A stretch of DNA of 33,000 nt from Dicyema japonicum (lineage: Eukaryota > Animalia > Dicyemida). Position 1 is the stretch's first letter; every line of letters starts with the position of its first letter. A program made the translations under genes and the position numbers. Below the pieces are notes generated by a model. That model had not been told where the DNA came from, did not search any database, and saw nothing but the letters and a program-made list of their open reading frames with translations. The DNA lies in contig RDEW01000004.1 of the NCBI GenBank assembly GCA_011109175.1, forward strand, positions 644,030-677,029. Reading direction: 5' to 3'. Below, in pieces: positions 1-11,699 of the stretch.

Positions 1-501
1 TAATTGGAGGTGAGTCTAAAAATCAGCATGATATTAACTAATTTTGGGGGAAGGCCATCAAGTGATCTCAGTCTCTCTTAGTATCCACTTTTCAATGTGT
101 TTCTCTCGGTGCCCTGTAAGCCAGTTTTATGGGCGATTTTTATCGTTGGAAGAATGTGCCACACGACTTCCTCACGAGGTCCTCAAAAGGGGTTGCCTTT
201 GTAATAACCCCTGAAAGTCGATGGATGGTCTTGATAACTGGACCTATTCTGAAAGTTTGAACAACGACAAAAAGAACTAACGCATTCCAAAAGAAATCCT
301 CTGCCCACCACATGAAGTCGACAGCTGTGCTTCAATCAGACACTAATAGACAATTCTGCATTAAGGAGAAACAAGGGAATTGGATTACTAGTTGTCTAAT
401 TTTCTAAATAATAAAGCACTACGTCGGATTGAAAGTTATTTATTTTAAAACCCAAAGACCACCAAGAAAATATTAACTCGCTAATTTAAGTGATTTCATC
501 C

Positions 502-728
502 TCAACATCTCTCTAATTCTCTTCGAATGCTATCGGGGTGCACTTTTTTAAGCCGATCTGAATTCCTCTGCATGGGCCGCTCTCTGAATGGGTTTCCTAG
601 CTCCTTACACATACGTAGGAAGCCCTGGCCATTTCTAACCGTCGCCGCATCTGAAAGGAGACAAAGAATGGACATTGTGTTTGATTTCATATGCCGTATG
701 ATCTTCCGTCTGAAAGTTACCTCCTCAT
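502..728 (-). CDS. Small basic orphan protein, divergent from RNPS1 (uncertain)
   Basis: A 62-aa ORF (502-690) stays open upstream to about 735. An ATG at 728 is one base out of frame and would give MRRVTFRRKIIRHMKSN.... It shares the A/T tract at 735-800 with RNPS1, and an AATAAA-type signal lies on the minus strand near 440. No confident homology. Confidence 0.3.
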
Positions 729-734
729 TTGATA

Positions 735-800
735 TTCAAATTATTTTAATAAGAATTAAAATTTTATTAAAGTTGAAAATAATTAATTTAAATTTAGTTT
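735..800. promoter_or_regulatory. A/T-rich putative (bidirectional) promoter tract
   Basis: Near-pure A/T stretch immediately upstream of the RNPS1 ATG. The same feature precedes every complete gene in the window. Confidence 0.55.
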
Positions 801-815
801 GTTGTGGTTCAACAT

Positions 816-1454
816 ATGGCAAGGAGTAATAAACGTGACTCAAGTCAGTCCAGGCGAAGTTCATCAAATGATTCTTCCATCAGCTCATCTTCTATGTCAT
901 CCAGCAGAAGTAGTTCTCCAGCCGCCAAAGCAGCAATTAACGCAGCAAGGGATACTAATGATAAACATGAAAAAAAACCCCGAAACGATAAACGAAGATC
1001 CCCTTCTCCCAGAAGATCTCCCTCACCTCGAAAAAGGGAACGAAGTTTGTCTCCACCAATGAGGCCTCTCCGTGTATATGTCACTGGCTTAACTCAAAAC
1101 GTCAACAAGGGCCACGTGAGTGAAATTTTTGGCACTGCCGGACATATAGTGAACGTTTCAGTCCCAGTAGATCCGAATCACCCTGAATTTGCACGTGGCT
1201 ATGCTTATATTACATTTGAGACGCCCGAGGGAGCTGAAAAGGCAGTCAAGTTGATGAATAATGGACAAATTGATGGACAGCTTATTTCAGCTTCTTTAAT
1301 GCAGATTAACAGACCTGTGAATTCAAGACGGTCCCCAGTTTATCGGAGAAGAGGATATTCTCCACCCAGAAGATATCGGTCTCCCCCAAGACGTCGATAT
1401 TCTCCAAGAAGGCCTCATAGAGTTAGAGGGAGAGTTAATCGTTCCTCATCGTGA
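816..1454 (+). CDS. RNPS1: RNA-binding protein with serine-rich domain 1 (ASAP/EJC component), intronless
   Basis: Ser-rich N-terminus and RSPSPR repeats. RRM with RVYVTGLTQNVNKGHVSEIF ... RGYAYITFETPEGAEKAVKLMNNGQIDGQ, which is the RNPS1 signature. Arg/Ser/Pro-rich tail. ATG at 816 follows the A/T tract. Confidence 0.92.
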   Translation: MARSNKRDSSQSRRSSSNDSSISSSSMSSSRSSSPAAKAAINAARDTNDKHEKKPRNDKRRSPSPRRSPSPRKRERSLSPPMRPLRVYVTGLTQNVNKGHVSEIFGTAGHIVNVSVPVDPNHPEFARGYAYITFETPEGAEKAVKLMNNGQIDGQLISASLMQINRPVNSRRSPVYRRRGYSPPRRYRSPPRRRYSPRRPHRVRGRVNRSSS

Positions 1455-2399
1455 TTTATTACTTGTCTTCTTTCCTTAGTGTGTTTGTGTTCTTACTACT
1501 AATTTTGCTTACTTGGTAGAAGGATTGTGTTATGCTCAAAGAGGGGTCACTTGATCCACTTACTTGACTGACCGGCATCCAAATGGGTTCACACAATTGC
1601 CTATATGGATGGATCCCTTAGGAGTTTTCCTTCAAACAGAAGTTCTTCAAGAGGCATGAACTCAAATTAGGTTTGTTGGTGAATGCTTGAATGGTAGGTA
1701 ACTTGTGCAGAGATGAAAGTTTTCATCATTCTGCGAGATTCCACGACCCAACAGGAATAATATTTATTCAGCCAACGTGAAGCTGTACAATTTATTTCTT
1801 CACTGTTTTGAATAACCCAGGATATACAAGATTTCCATGGTTGCATCCTTTTCAAGTATCACTTCCATCCATATTAGCCGTTGATGGAGTAGGGAGAAGG
1901 ATCCTTTTGGATGCCACCAAGGCACTGGACGTCTTCTGAGTTTGATGGATCTCATAAAGGCAAGTAGAAGGTAATCCTTCGCTGAACCCTACCATTGATG
2001 CATAGATGCTTATTCATTAAAAACCCTTCTGAAGTCTCGTACGCCAAATATGGGGGAGAGGTTATACTCACTTTGAGGGGATATACTGTACTATAGTAAT
2101 GCCTTAGTCACCACCTTAACTATTTACCAAGTAACAACTAAAATAATGGATTTATGTTTCACGTGAGAGATCTCATTCTACGGATTAGAGAGGAATCCCA
2201 TCGGTAATCCTGACCGTACTAGCTTTAGAAGACCTGTCCTCAAAAGACCTGCAGCTAGAACTGGACGCTTCCAAAAGTCTTTAATAGTCAACGGAAGGAC
2301 TGGTAAGGAGAAAGTTTCGCATAAAATCATCGAAAGGTAATCCGGAGAAAGCAGTCAGGAGCTCGATTCGTCATGAGAAGTGCCCCGAAGAGAGTTGAG

Positions 2400-4900
2400 A
2401 TAGGAGCTAATGACTTTCTGTTGAACGTGCAATCCGAGACATCCACAATCGGGGGAGGGCTATCTAGCAGCTCGTTCCAATTCAGCCTTCGGATAGCCTT
2501 TGTTGATTTGTCGTGTATCGCTTTTGTCTTTGAGTTTCCGTGAGATGATTGGGGATCCTCGCCAGTCTACGATACAAATAGTGGGAACGATTTTTCTTAT
2601 ATTTTTGAGTCAGAGTAGCAAGGGTGACCTGGATCCGTGGTTTTATTTAAAAATTGTTCCTTGTGGATAGATGGTCTTCCATTGGGTGAATGGTGGGTTC
2701 CCAGTGGAGTTAGTGTGCATGTTGCAGCCGATGATTGTTCATCGAGCTCCACTTTGAGCCATTTAGAGTTTTGGAGGTAGCAATGGAAGTCGCTCAGAAA
2801 GTTCAAGGTGGTCCTGATTAATAATTGAAGACTTCTTTGGCTGAAGAGGGTTCAAATTCCCTTTTGCTTTTGAGACCACGTGATTCACATGGGAGTAAAA
2901 TTTCAGGCATTGGTCGTAAATGGCAACCTGATTTGCGGACTTTTCACAAGATTTAGGGTACATAGAGAAGCTGGAAGGAGTTCTCATAAGAGTTTAACCT
3001 CCGGTTTAAAATTCAGTTGACACCGGTCGGAGGTGAAATCGTGAAAGGGGAGATGGTTAGCTAATAACTATGACTCAAGGAAATCCAAGCGTTTAGAGTC
3101 GAATTAATACATAAGAGAAGATCCTATTCCGATTGGCCAAATAATCTGCATAGGAGAGAACAAGGGTATCTTCCGTTTCGAGTATGTTGCTCAAATGAAA
3201 ATTGAATAGATCAAACGATAGGGGTCTGTGACACTCAGTTCGTAGGGTTATGGGCAGGTTGTCTTCAGAGATCCATAAGCTAGTGATGGATGCTTACACA
3301 AGTCTTCGATGTTCACCTGAGGTCCTCTTAGTATCATTGATAATTGGTCAAGTGATAGAAGCCAAGAGCTCGACTTGTCTCTAAGGAGTAAGTGCCCAGA
3401 ACGTAATTGTGTCAGGGTCCTCCTTGTTTCTTTGTCGAGGATAGTCTCCAGTCATCCAGCAGAGCGTTCCAGATCAGTCTTGGATGGCCCTGGTAGAGGT
3501 GTGGTCATGTATTGTCTTGACTTGATTTTATTGGAAGGGTTGAGGGATTTTAACCAACTCATGCGACAGATGGTCGAAATTACCCTTCTGCAGTTCTTCG
3601 TGTGAGTCAGGAGGTAGCAAGGTGGTATGCTTCTGTGGTTTCTTTTAAGGATTAATAGTTCCTCATAAAGGTGATGCTCCATTGGGAGAATAATGGAGTT
3701 GGATCCTGTAATTGTTCGAAGATCTCCAATTTGAAGTTTTTGGATGTTGCAGGCTAAGAGATGAAGCCCTGGAGGATCCGGTAGTTAATGTGGTCCTGAT
3801 GTTATTATTATCAATAAGCCAAAAATCACCAAGTTAACACTAATCGCATGAAAAGATCATCAGGTGGTCCTGGCTCTCTCTGTAACGATGGACTCTCGGG
3901 AACCGACACTCTTTCAATAACACCGTTCTTCTCACGGTTTTCCATTTTGGGGTAATATGCTGCCCGACCTCCTCATAAGGACCTCAAATGGGGATGTCCT
4001 TATTGGTAGTCCTGTAACTCGATAGATTGTTTTGGTCTTACAAAATTTACCAGAGTTGATCTTTTCCATGTTTGTTCTGGCAAGTTTTGTCCCCCAAGCT
4101 GCACATCCATAACTTATAGTTGACTCGATGACTTGAGTGTTCAACGTGGATAGTGACCGGTTTCAGGATCCTTTAAATGTTGAGACGAGCACCTAAGTTA
4201 AGCTTTCGTGCCGAAGCATGATTACGTTTGACACATGTTGTCTGAAGGTCATGAGGGTGTCGAATGTTAATCCCTGAATCTTGTTCTTTGTGTGGGATTA
4301 GTTCACCATTCAAAGATAGTTCGGCGGAATAACTTGATAGTCTTCTATTCGACGCAAAAGAGAAGTCGAGGACTTTTCCGTTGACATTGAATTTCTATTC
4401 ATGAAGTCTGTCCAGAGTAGTTTGCATTGTGTTCGTAGCTGTCGTAACACGTGTATCCTCGCAAGCATAAATTATGCAAGAATAAGTTTAAAAAAAGACG
4501 GTGCCCTGTGGCACCCCGTTCGAAAGAAAGGAATTTTTACGACTTTCCTTTTCGGCCAGTGAAAAACTTCCGAGACATCTTTTGAAAATCCGAGCAGTAG
4601 ATCTCCTCGTTAAGATTTTTTGGGTACCGAGTCGAATTCCCTGCGGATGTCAACCGAGCACAATAAAGTTTTGAAGTGCCTATGCTTTGACTCATGTCCC
4701 CCCATAATAAAGTTTGTGAGGGTTTGAAGTGCGTATTTTATCTGGTCCGCTTGAGTAGGTTAGCTTTTGGGATTTAATGGCATTTTCGACTTACACTCGT
4801 GAGAATGATATGTTACCATGACGACATTTTTGTTTTATAAAAGACAAGGGAGGACCCTCGTACCTTTTTATGAGGTAAGTAGCTGTTCTAAGCGTAGATC
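2400..4900 (-). mobile_element. Several decayed non-LTR retrotransposon (I/Jockey-like) RT fragments
   Basis: Minus-strand RT motifs: NGVPQGTV (~4500-4520), YDQCLKFYSHVNHVVSKAKGNLN (ORF 2763-2987) and VIESTISYGCAAWG (ORF 3932-4144). Many stops and frameshifts; boundaries approximate. Confidence 0.6.
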
Positions 4901-5139
4901 TATCGAGTTCCTTTTGCTGTGATCAGGAATGTTTCTCTTCTCAGGGTTTTTGATATTTGAGAGAGTGTTCCACAAATTGACGGGGACCTCTGCTTGTTAA
5001 ACGTGGAAGTGAATTTCCTCCAATCTTCGACTTCCTTTTTATTTCGATATCCAGCACTCGGAACGTATTGGATCGCAACCTCAAAGTTTATGTCCACATA
5101 AAACGCAAATTTTTTCCGATTCGACCAAGTAGTGTGCGG

Positions 5140-5220
5140 AGTTTATAATAATTTATAATAAATTATATTTTTAATAATAAAAAATATAATAAAAATAAAT
5201 TAATTATTCATATTAAATTA
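5140..5220. promoter_or_regulatory. A/T-rich putative promoter tract of AP-3 sigma gene
   Basis: About 80 nt of almost exclusively A/T directly upstream of the ATG. Confidence 0.55.
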
Positions 5221-5231
5221 GGGCAACCAAT

Positions 5232-5861
5232 ATGATTATTTTCAATAATGATCTTCAATCGGGCAGGAAAACCTCGTCTTAGCAAATTCTACAAAAATTA
5301 CGTATTTCTTTAAACTTGAATCAAAGACTGAGAAAGAAAAGCAGCAAATCATGCATGAAGCGCACTTATTAATATCTTCCAGATCTGAAACCGACAGTTC
5401 ATTCGTGGAGGTGACAAAGTAGGTGGAAGTACAAATTGTAGGGAATCTGATTCTGTAATGGTTTACAGGACTTATGTTACCCTCCACTTTGTCGTCTACG
5501 TTGACTGTATGGAAAACTATTTGTCAATCCTTCACTTTATCCAGGTCAGTTCAAATTATAAAGCGAGGTTTTCGTGGAGACGTTGGACCGTATTTTCGTT
5601 AAAGTCTGCGAATTGGACTTAATTTACCACGTGGACAAGGTATCGTTGATTTGTGCCACTTCAAGGTCCATCAAATCCTCAATGAGTTTGTCATGGGAGG
5701 ACTTATTTTGGACATTTCCAAGACTAGTGTGGTCAATAGAATGATTCAAATCTATAAGGTGGAGATTGGTGAGGTTTGCCTAATCTCCCCCATTTTAGGG
5801 AGGCATCATTGAGAAAGTCAGAAGTAACATTTTAGAAAAAGTCTTACCTAATATTCGTTAA
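5232..5861 (+). CDS. AP3S1: AP-3 complex sigma subunit, 6 exons
   Basis: Exons 5232(or 5248)-5301, 5327-5418, 5442-5544, 5568-5639, 5666-5773, 5799-5861; GT-AG introns of 25, 23, 23, 26 and 25 nt. The spliced product contains IFNRAGKPRLSKFY, YRTYVTLHFV and IQVFVETLDRIFVKVCELDLIYHVDKVHQILNEFVMGGLILD. The ATG at 5232 is one base out of frame (TTTT run). AP3S1 and AP3S2 cannot be distinguished. Confidence 0.93.
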
Positions 5862-5899
5862 TTGGCCTCATTTTGCTATAAGGAATTTTTATTATCACT

Positions 5900-7390
5900 G
5901 TTCCCAGGGTTAGAAAGGATCAATTATTTGGGGGTCGAGTTTCGGTGGGGGTGATCACTCAGTAAATGTACTTGAATTTACATCAATGTTAGTATAACGG
6001 TAATACTGATTGGCTAGTGGTTAATTGGTCGGGGGTGAGATGGTCAAGTGCTTCTATTTCACTAAATGTCGATTAGCTCTATGGCGGATGAATTCTCTCG
6101 TATTTTTTTATTGAGCCTTGGTTGCTTTTTAAGAAATGGAAGATTTTTGTAGCCGTAAGATAGAATCTTCGGTCCAAGGAAATTAAGCACCCGGATACTC
6201 GGCGTCAACTACTCCTCCTGTTTTGCTTACTTCCGCCTAGTCTTAGTTTTCCGTATTGCCTCCAACGTGTAATCTGTATCTCATAAAAATGCTGGAAGGT
6301 TCCATGAACGCTGGACTACTGAATCACAATCTTTGGGCACTCTCACGGAAAATCTGTGTTGGACTCACATTTATCTTTCTCTCAAGAATCGTCTGCAGCT
6401 CCGTCAGCAGCACAAGGAGAGTCAAGTTTTGGAGAGCAATTTTGTTTCGTACTTAGACTAAGAAATCAGCATAAGAAACGCTGCAATTAGATTCCCCCGG
6501 GTTCTCCCAGTATCCCCATCATCTTACTTTGGTATCTTTCTTTAAATCCCAAAGGTTCTTATGTGACGAGTTACATGGCAGTCTTCCAAAATAGGCTCTT
6601 AATGGGATCTGAACGATCAATTGATGACTCGTTATCATGTGGGTATTACCCTCATATGATCCCCTCAAGACAGTTAAGGCTAAGAAGTGTCACAAGTTTG
6701 CTTTTCTTGCATGAGATCTCCCACTCCTTAAGTTGTCTCAACGTGGTTCAATGTTGTACATGATGAAGTAGATTCTAGGACTATATGAATCCCCCAAACC
6801 TCACATGACCCTCTGTGTATTGCTGAATCAGTCAAATATCTTGAAAATCGAATTCAAGAGGATCTCATGCGGAAGGTGGTATCTTATTTTGGATCTCTTC
6901 ATTGCTTATTTTTTACTCAAAAATATATGAAGTCTGTCTGCCCAGGACACATAATTTTGAATTATGCAGATGGACTATTTCCTCAAAGGAATTGTCGAAA
7001 GGCCGTATAAACTGAAAAATCTCCTTTTAATGCAGTTATGTAGAGGAGCTAGACAAATTGGAATCACTGAAGGAAGAAGTCGTCGAATACGATGTACTTT
7101 CTGGAAAGCTTATTTATGAGGTTTCACTGAAAGTTACCCTGATGTATCGACATTGAACATTGTGATCCTTAAATGCTACAAAAATATATGGAGGCGTAAT
7201 TGATGATAGGGAGATAAATCTAGCCTGTGATGCCTAAGGAGACACTAGAGTACATGCTTGTCGAACACACGCATGGAGAAAAAACTTGGAGGAAAATTCG
7301 TTTCTGTATTCAATTGGCGTGACACACCCCTTTGAAGCATAACGTCGTCCCGAAAACCGACGCATTCCATATAGGATGTGCAGATACGCC
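5900..7390. mobile_element. Highly decayed LINE remnants
   Basis: YAD-like RT motif near 6960 (+), no intact ORF, and composition like the other TE tracts. Family not assignable by eye. Confidence 0.35.
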
Positions 7391-7394
7391 AATC

Positions 7395-7455
7395 TTAATT
7401 AAACTAATTTTAAAATATTTTTTTAATTAATTTAATTTAAAAATATTATTATTGT
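7395..7455. promoter_or_regulatory. A/T-rich putative promoter tract of PFDN1
   Basis: Near-pure A/T stretch immediately before ATG 7461. Confidence 0.55.
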
Positions 7456-7460
7456 TAACC

Positions 7461-7881
7461 ATGTCGGAACCAGTTGATCTTGAATTAAAAAATGCGTTTT
7501 CTGAACTAAAGCAGAAAATGATATATACTAAACAACAACTCCAACTAGCTGAAGCCCAAATAGATTCAATGCGTAAACAGGGCTACCACGTGAACTTAGT
7601 AAGGAATCAAATACAGAATTTACAGCCAAATACAACAATCTATGAAGCTATGGGCAGAGCGTATGTCTGCTTAATTCATTATAGATTTATTCATACGTCC
7701 GTCAAAAACTTCATTAACTCCCTGGACGACAAAGAAGAGCTTCTACAAGCGAAGATAGGAAAATTCAGGGTAATCTGTGAATTTATTCAAGAATATGGAA
7801 AATAATTTGAAATGTTCATATAACAGCAATGAACAGAGTTTGAGGGAGTTGGTTGCTTCGAAAAGACGGGATCAAAATTAA
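7461..7881 (+). CDS. PFDN1: Prefoldin subunit 1, 3 exons
   Basis: Exons 7461-7660, 7685-7769, 7792-7881; introns of 24 nt (in-frame, stop-free) and 22 nt. Product MSEPVDLELKNAFSELKQKMIYTKQQLQLAEAQI...IYEAMGRAFI...NEQSLRELVASKR matches the PFDN1 pattern (VDLELKKAF, YE.VGRMFI, IREML..RR). Confidence 0.93.
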
Positions 7882-8457
7882 CCGTTACTTTGGCTTTTAT
7901 TGATATGTTTAATCTTACTATAGGCGCTTTCAAGAGACCCATAATTCTGTAGCCAGACGTAATTTCTTAGGAAAACTGGAACAGTCACTCTTGGCCTCTC
8001 TATAGTGAAGTAGAGGTGGTGAAGTGGCAGGTCGGGAGTCTGAGGATTTTTATAAGAGGCATTATTCAGTAACGTATTTTTTTCAAAACATAATGTCCTT
8101 TCCAAGTATCCGGAATTGTGGAGACTCACTAATTAGAGTGGGAAGGGGATCTTAATAAGTCTAGGCCGTTTGGGGAATTCTGTTTGTTTTAGTGTTTTCT
8201 GGTGATTCCTAGAACAACTGGGAAATTACTCTTGCCTTCACGAAAGCGACCCTCCCGGCGACATAATAACTTTCCATAGGTCCATCCGCAGATTCCGTTA
8301 CTAGGATATATCAGAACAGTCTCTATCAAGATTTCGTTACTAATGTTCCCCAGAGACAGAAGAGAGACACGTGGTAAAGTAGTCAGTGCTCGATAATAAG
8401 TTGGTCTTTATAAAAGAAATGGAAGGAATAAATCAAAAACAGTAAATGAAGCAGTTA

Positions 8458-8809
8458 TTATTCTCCACGTGTAGTATGGACACTATTAATGTGACTTTTG
8501 AGCAACTCAAAATTCTGAAATCTAAGTCCACATGCCTTATATGTGCAGATATAACACCTGTCTTCGGTATGCCACCTGAGATGTGCTTTGAGATGTCCAG
8601 GCTTTACGTATATTTTGTCGCATCCCCTGAAATGACAATTGTGCTGGTTATTCAAGTAATCGTCGACTCCACTCTGTCTCAGGTATTGGCAGTTGGGGCA
8701 GAGGCATTTAATCTTCCGTTTTTTGTCTTGTCTGTCATTTTCTAAAGTAAAAATTGACTAAACTCTGTCTGGTGTGATTCATGTCTTTGTCGTAGTTCAC
8801 TTGTTCCAT
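8458..8809 (-). CDS. Sp/buttonhead-family transcription factor with only two C2H2 fingers (~109 aa)
   Basis: Exons 8809-8764 and 8741-8458, with a 22-nt GT-AG intron at 8742-8763. Buttonhead box CLCPNC, Sp-type ZF1 HNCHFRGCDKIYVKPGHLKAHLRWHT, divergent ZF2, then TAA TAA. A short extra upstream exon is possible. Confidence 0.82.
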
Positions 8810-8999
8810 CAAATGGTGGATTTGTCGTGTGAATATGTAAATGTACACCTAATTGGCTAAATCAATTAATTTGGGGACATTATACATCGTACTTTGCAGT
8901 AAAGCGGAAGTGGACAATTATATATTTGAATGAGTCAATTAATATTCACAAAATAAGCTATAATTATATAAAATACATAACAGTTGGAATTTACATTAA

Positions 9000-9298
9000 T
9001 CCGGTACCCACGTGGTCGAAGGATTCTTTTCAGATCTTGGCGGATATGGATGGGCGTGTTGGTTGAAAATGATGGGTCCAACTCCGAGGGAACTGGATAA
9101 AACCTGTTTTAGGCATATCCGGAGGTTATTAAAAACCAGGTAGCATGAGTTTTTGGTCGTGGTGACGTCCCCCACTTGTCATCTCTGAGACTCACTTGGA
9201 AAATAAGAACTTTCCTCTTATGGCATTCAATTTCAGGGGTTATGCTCAACTGTCAGATAGTCTCAGCTATCCCATGACGGGGTTAATTAATTAATAAA
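9000..9298 (+). mobile_element. Decayed 3' end of I/Jockey-like LINE
   Basis: Ends in GGGGTTAATTAATTAAT, resembling the terminus and tail of the element at 13729-14334. Confidence 0.35.
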
Positions 9299-9409
9299 TT
9301 CTGTTTTTGGTTCTTCAATTATGTCTATAAATAAGAAAATGAGTAAAAAGCAGATAGAAAACGTCTTTTTCAACCTCAATGGATTGAGACTTTTGCCATC
9401 ATATCAGAT

Positions 9410-9614
9410 CACCTTCCGAGATGTCTCTTTTGCCACGAAACATTCAACCAAAATAAAAAGTCAAGTGAAGGTAATGCAGGGTCAATTATCTCTTTAATTA
9501 GACTAAATAGAATTTTTTATGTATTACTATTTTAAAAAGTGGCTCTTCAATTTTTTTTATTTGCAAAAAAAACCCAAAAATTAGCTCTTTGGTTTAAAAG
9601 GTTTCCGACCCCTG
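9410..9614 (+). mobile_element. Right end of hAT (Charlie/SPIN-like) DNA transposon
   Basis: Transposase-like C-terminus CLFCH/SLATKHSTK...VMQGQLSL*, subterminal (T/G)GCTCTT repeats, and TIR AGGTTTCCGACCCCTG ending at 9614. It is followed by ACCTAGGA, which resembles the Charlie-type NTCTAGAN target. Confidence 0.65.
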
Positions 9615-9619
9615 ACCTA

Positions 9620-10400
9620 GGAAATACAGGCCATCGGTTATTACCCCCAACAGACAAAAACGAACACCTCGGAGTTATGACAAACAGAGTCAAGTCCCAT
9701 GTCTTTGACTTGGCCGCTCACAAGGGAAAATACCCAAAACACTAACAAAAAAGAAGAAAGGGGAAAACATTTGAAGAGCACCAAAGATGTTACGGAAACT
9801 GTATAAACCCACTTTGAGGCGCTATTCCGAAGATTTTTGAATTTACGGAGAACCTGAGCTCTCTATTATGGTCCAGGAAATACAAGAAGCCACAAAAAAA
9901 ACTAAATAACAACAGAAGCCTGAGAAAGACGGAAAAATAAGGAATTGTCAAAATATGCCTCTTCCTTAGTGGCGGAAATCATTAAAACGTGTTGAATAGA
10001 ATGTTGGAGACGTCTATGCGTGGGGGATAATTAATCTGCGCAGAAACCAGGCACTTCATGCGGAATATCTACGGTAATACTTTGAGCTCATTAAGAAAAT
10101 ATTATCAATTTTTATCACAAAAATCAGGTTAGCTGAAGAAATTGGCTATCTGAGTCAATCTGGTCTCAGAATGGGAGATCGACCTGGGGTCATCGTCGAA
10201 TTTTAGATCAAGGCTTGGACAACTAGGTACAACTGAACTGATATATGCCCACCATTTGATAAATGGCAACTTTTACTGAATATGGAGAAGACAGACCTTG
10301 TAACAGTGAAAAGAGACTCAACAAAATGATAAAAGCTGACGGAAGTCAAAAAGTTAGATCACTAAAATGAAAATCCAGGAACGATGGGAGAAACTACAAT
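9620..10400 (+). mobile_element. Decayed RTE-clade LINE fragment
   Basis: Remnant motifs EIQEATKK(L)NNNRS, QKPG, LSSLRK(IL)S and QSGLRMG(R)ST; heavily frameshifted. Confidence 0.55.
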
Positions 10401-10899
10401 CAACATGGTTCACCACTTATCAACACAACTAGACCTCTAAAGTGATTTGTTATCCCTAAATTGTTGTACAATTGGGGGACGAGTGGAGTACACCACCTAC
10501 GTTTGATGTTAAGATAAGGGAGATCGCCAAAAATAGCCTATATTGAGTACGCATATCCTACCGCTAGAAGATACAATATGGGGGAGAGGAAAGATGGATC
10601 TAACGATGTAGTGGAAGCATGTTTCGAGTCACTCGCGGATAGTGAAGACGACAGAGATACGCACTAACCACGGCGATCAAACAAGATCTAAAAATTCAAA
10701 AATGAAGCAGGGGACTAAATGCTCTGGAAGCATCAAAGATAATTCAGGAAGATAAGCGGAAACTATTTTGGATATTTTCGCTTAAACATCACCACCCCCG
10801 GCAACTACGCGATGAAAATTTACTTCACGCCAACCATTACAGAAAATCTCCGTAATTAAGCGCGCAGCGGAGGATTGATAGGTCGCATTTAGGACAAGG

Positions 10900-11630
10900 G
10901 GACACAAGAGGAATATTCGATGATCTCCTCGATTTTACATAGCGTTGGGGGTAATATTCATAACTAACCTTAAAATACGCAAATATCTCAAAATATGCTG
11001 ACTTCAAGTGCCGAAACTCTTAATTAAGGAAAATTAATTCGTGGTCACTGATGAGTTCTCAGTCCGGTGAATCTTCAGTCAACTGGTCACTGAAAGTCGA
11101 AAATGTAATCAAGATTGGAAGCTTACAGCGGGAAAATCCTTGTATTCTGATTTTATTAGTGAAAGAGAAAAATAGATCCTCAATGACTATCTTAAGTGCA
11201 ACATCAATCGGGATCTAACAGTTCCCTGGTCAATACGGGCACCGTGCCAAACCGAGACCACTACTGACTCGCGTCAGGATCAGTTACTTTTGATTTAACA
11301 GTGATTTTGGTTTATTAACAACGGTAAAGGGGGAATGCACATGTTCACATTTGTGGGAGAGGGCAAGCAGATTTCTAGAGCTAAGTGTTTCAGTAGATCG
11401 TTCAAGGGAGAGGTCTGATGTGTTATCCGGATATTGCTGATATGATTCCTGACTCAACCCCATAATATTCTCTGTCACATCGGAAACGGAGTATCCAAAG
11501 AAAGTGGGGGTTGGATGCACTTGAGTCTCTTGTAAAAGAACTATATCCACGGAATTGAGAAAACATCGTAGTTCGGTAATTTTTGTCAGAATTTCATTAA
11601 TTTTGATTTGGACTAAAGTAAGGTCTGATC
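10900..11630 (-). mobile_element. Decayed LINE apurinic-endonuclease (APE) domain
   Basis: LTLVQIKINEILTKITELRCFLNSVDIVLLQETQ is the typical N-terminus of a LINE ORF2 APE domain (ORF 11284-11550). Confidence 0.6.
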
Positions 11631-11699
11631 AAGGATTTTGCTCGGCTTGGACTGGTCAAGGAAGGGGAGAAAGAATCGAGTTATTAGGTAGTTCTACCT

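Noticed and set aside
690-728. RPL34-like N-terminus (RVTFRRK...KSN)
   Set aside because: The rest lacks the TPG motif and zinc-binding cysteines of RPL34.
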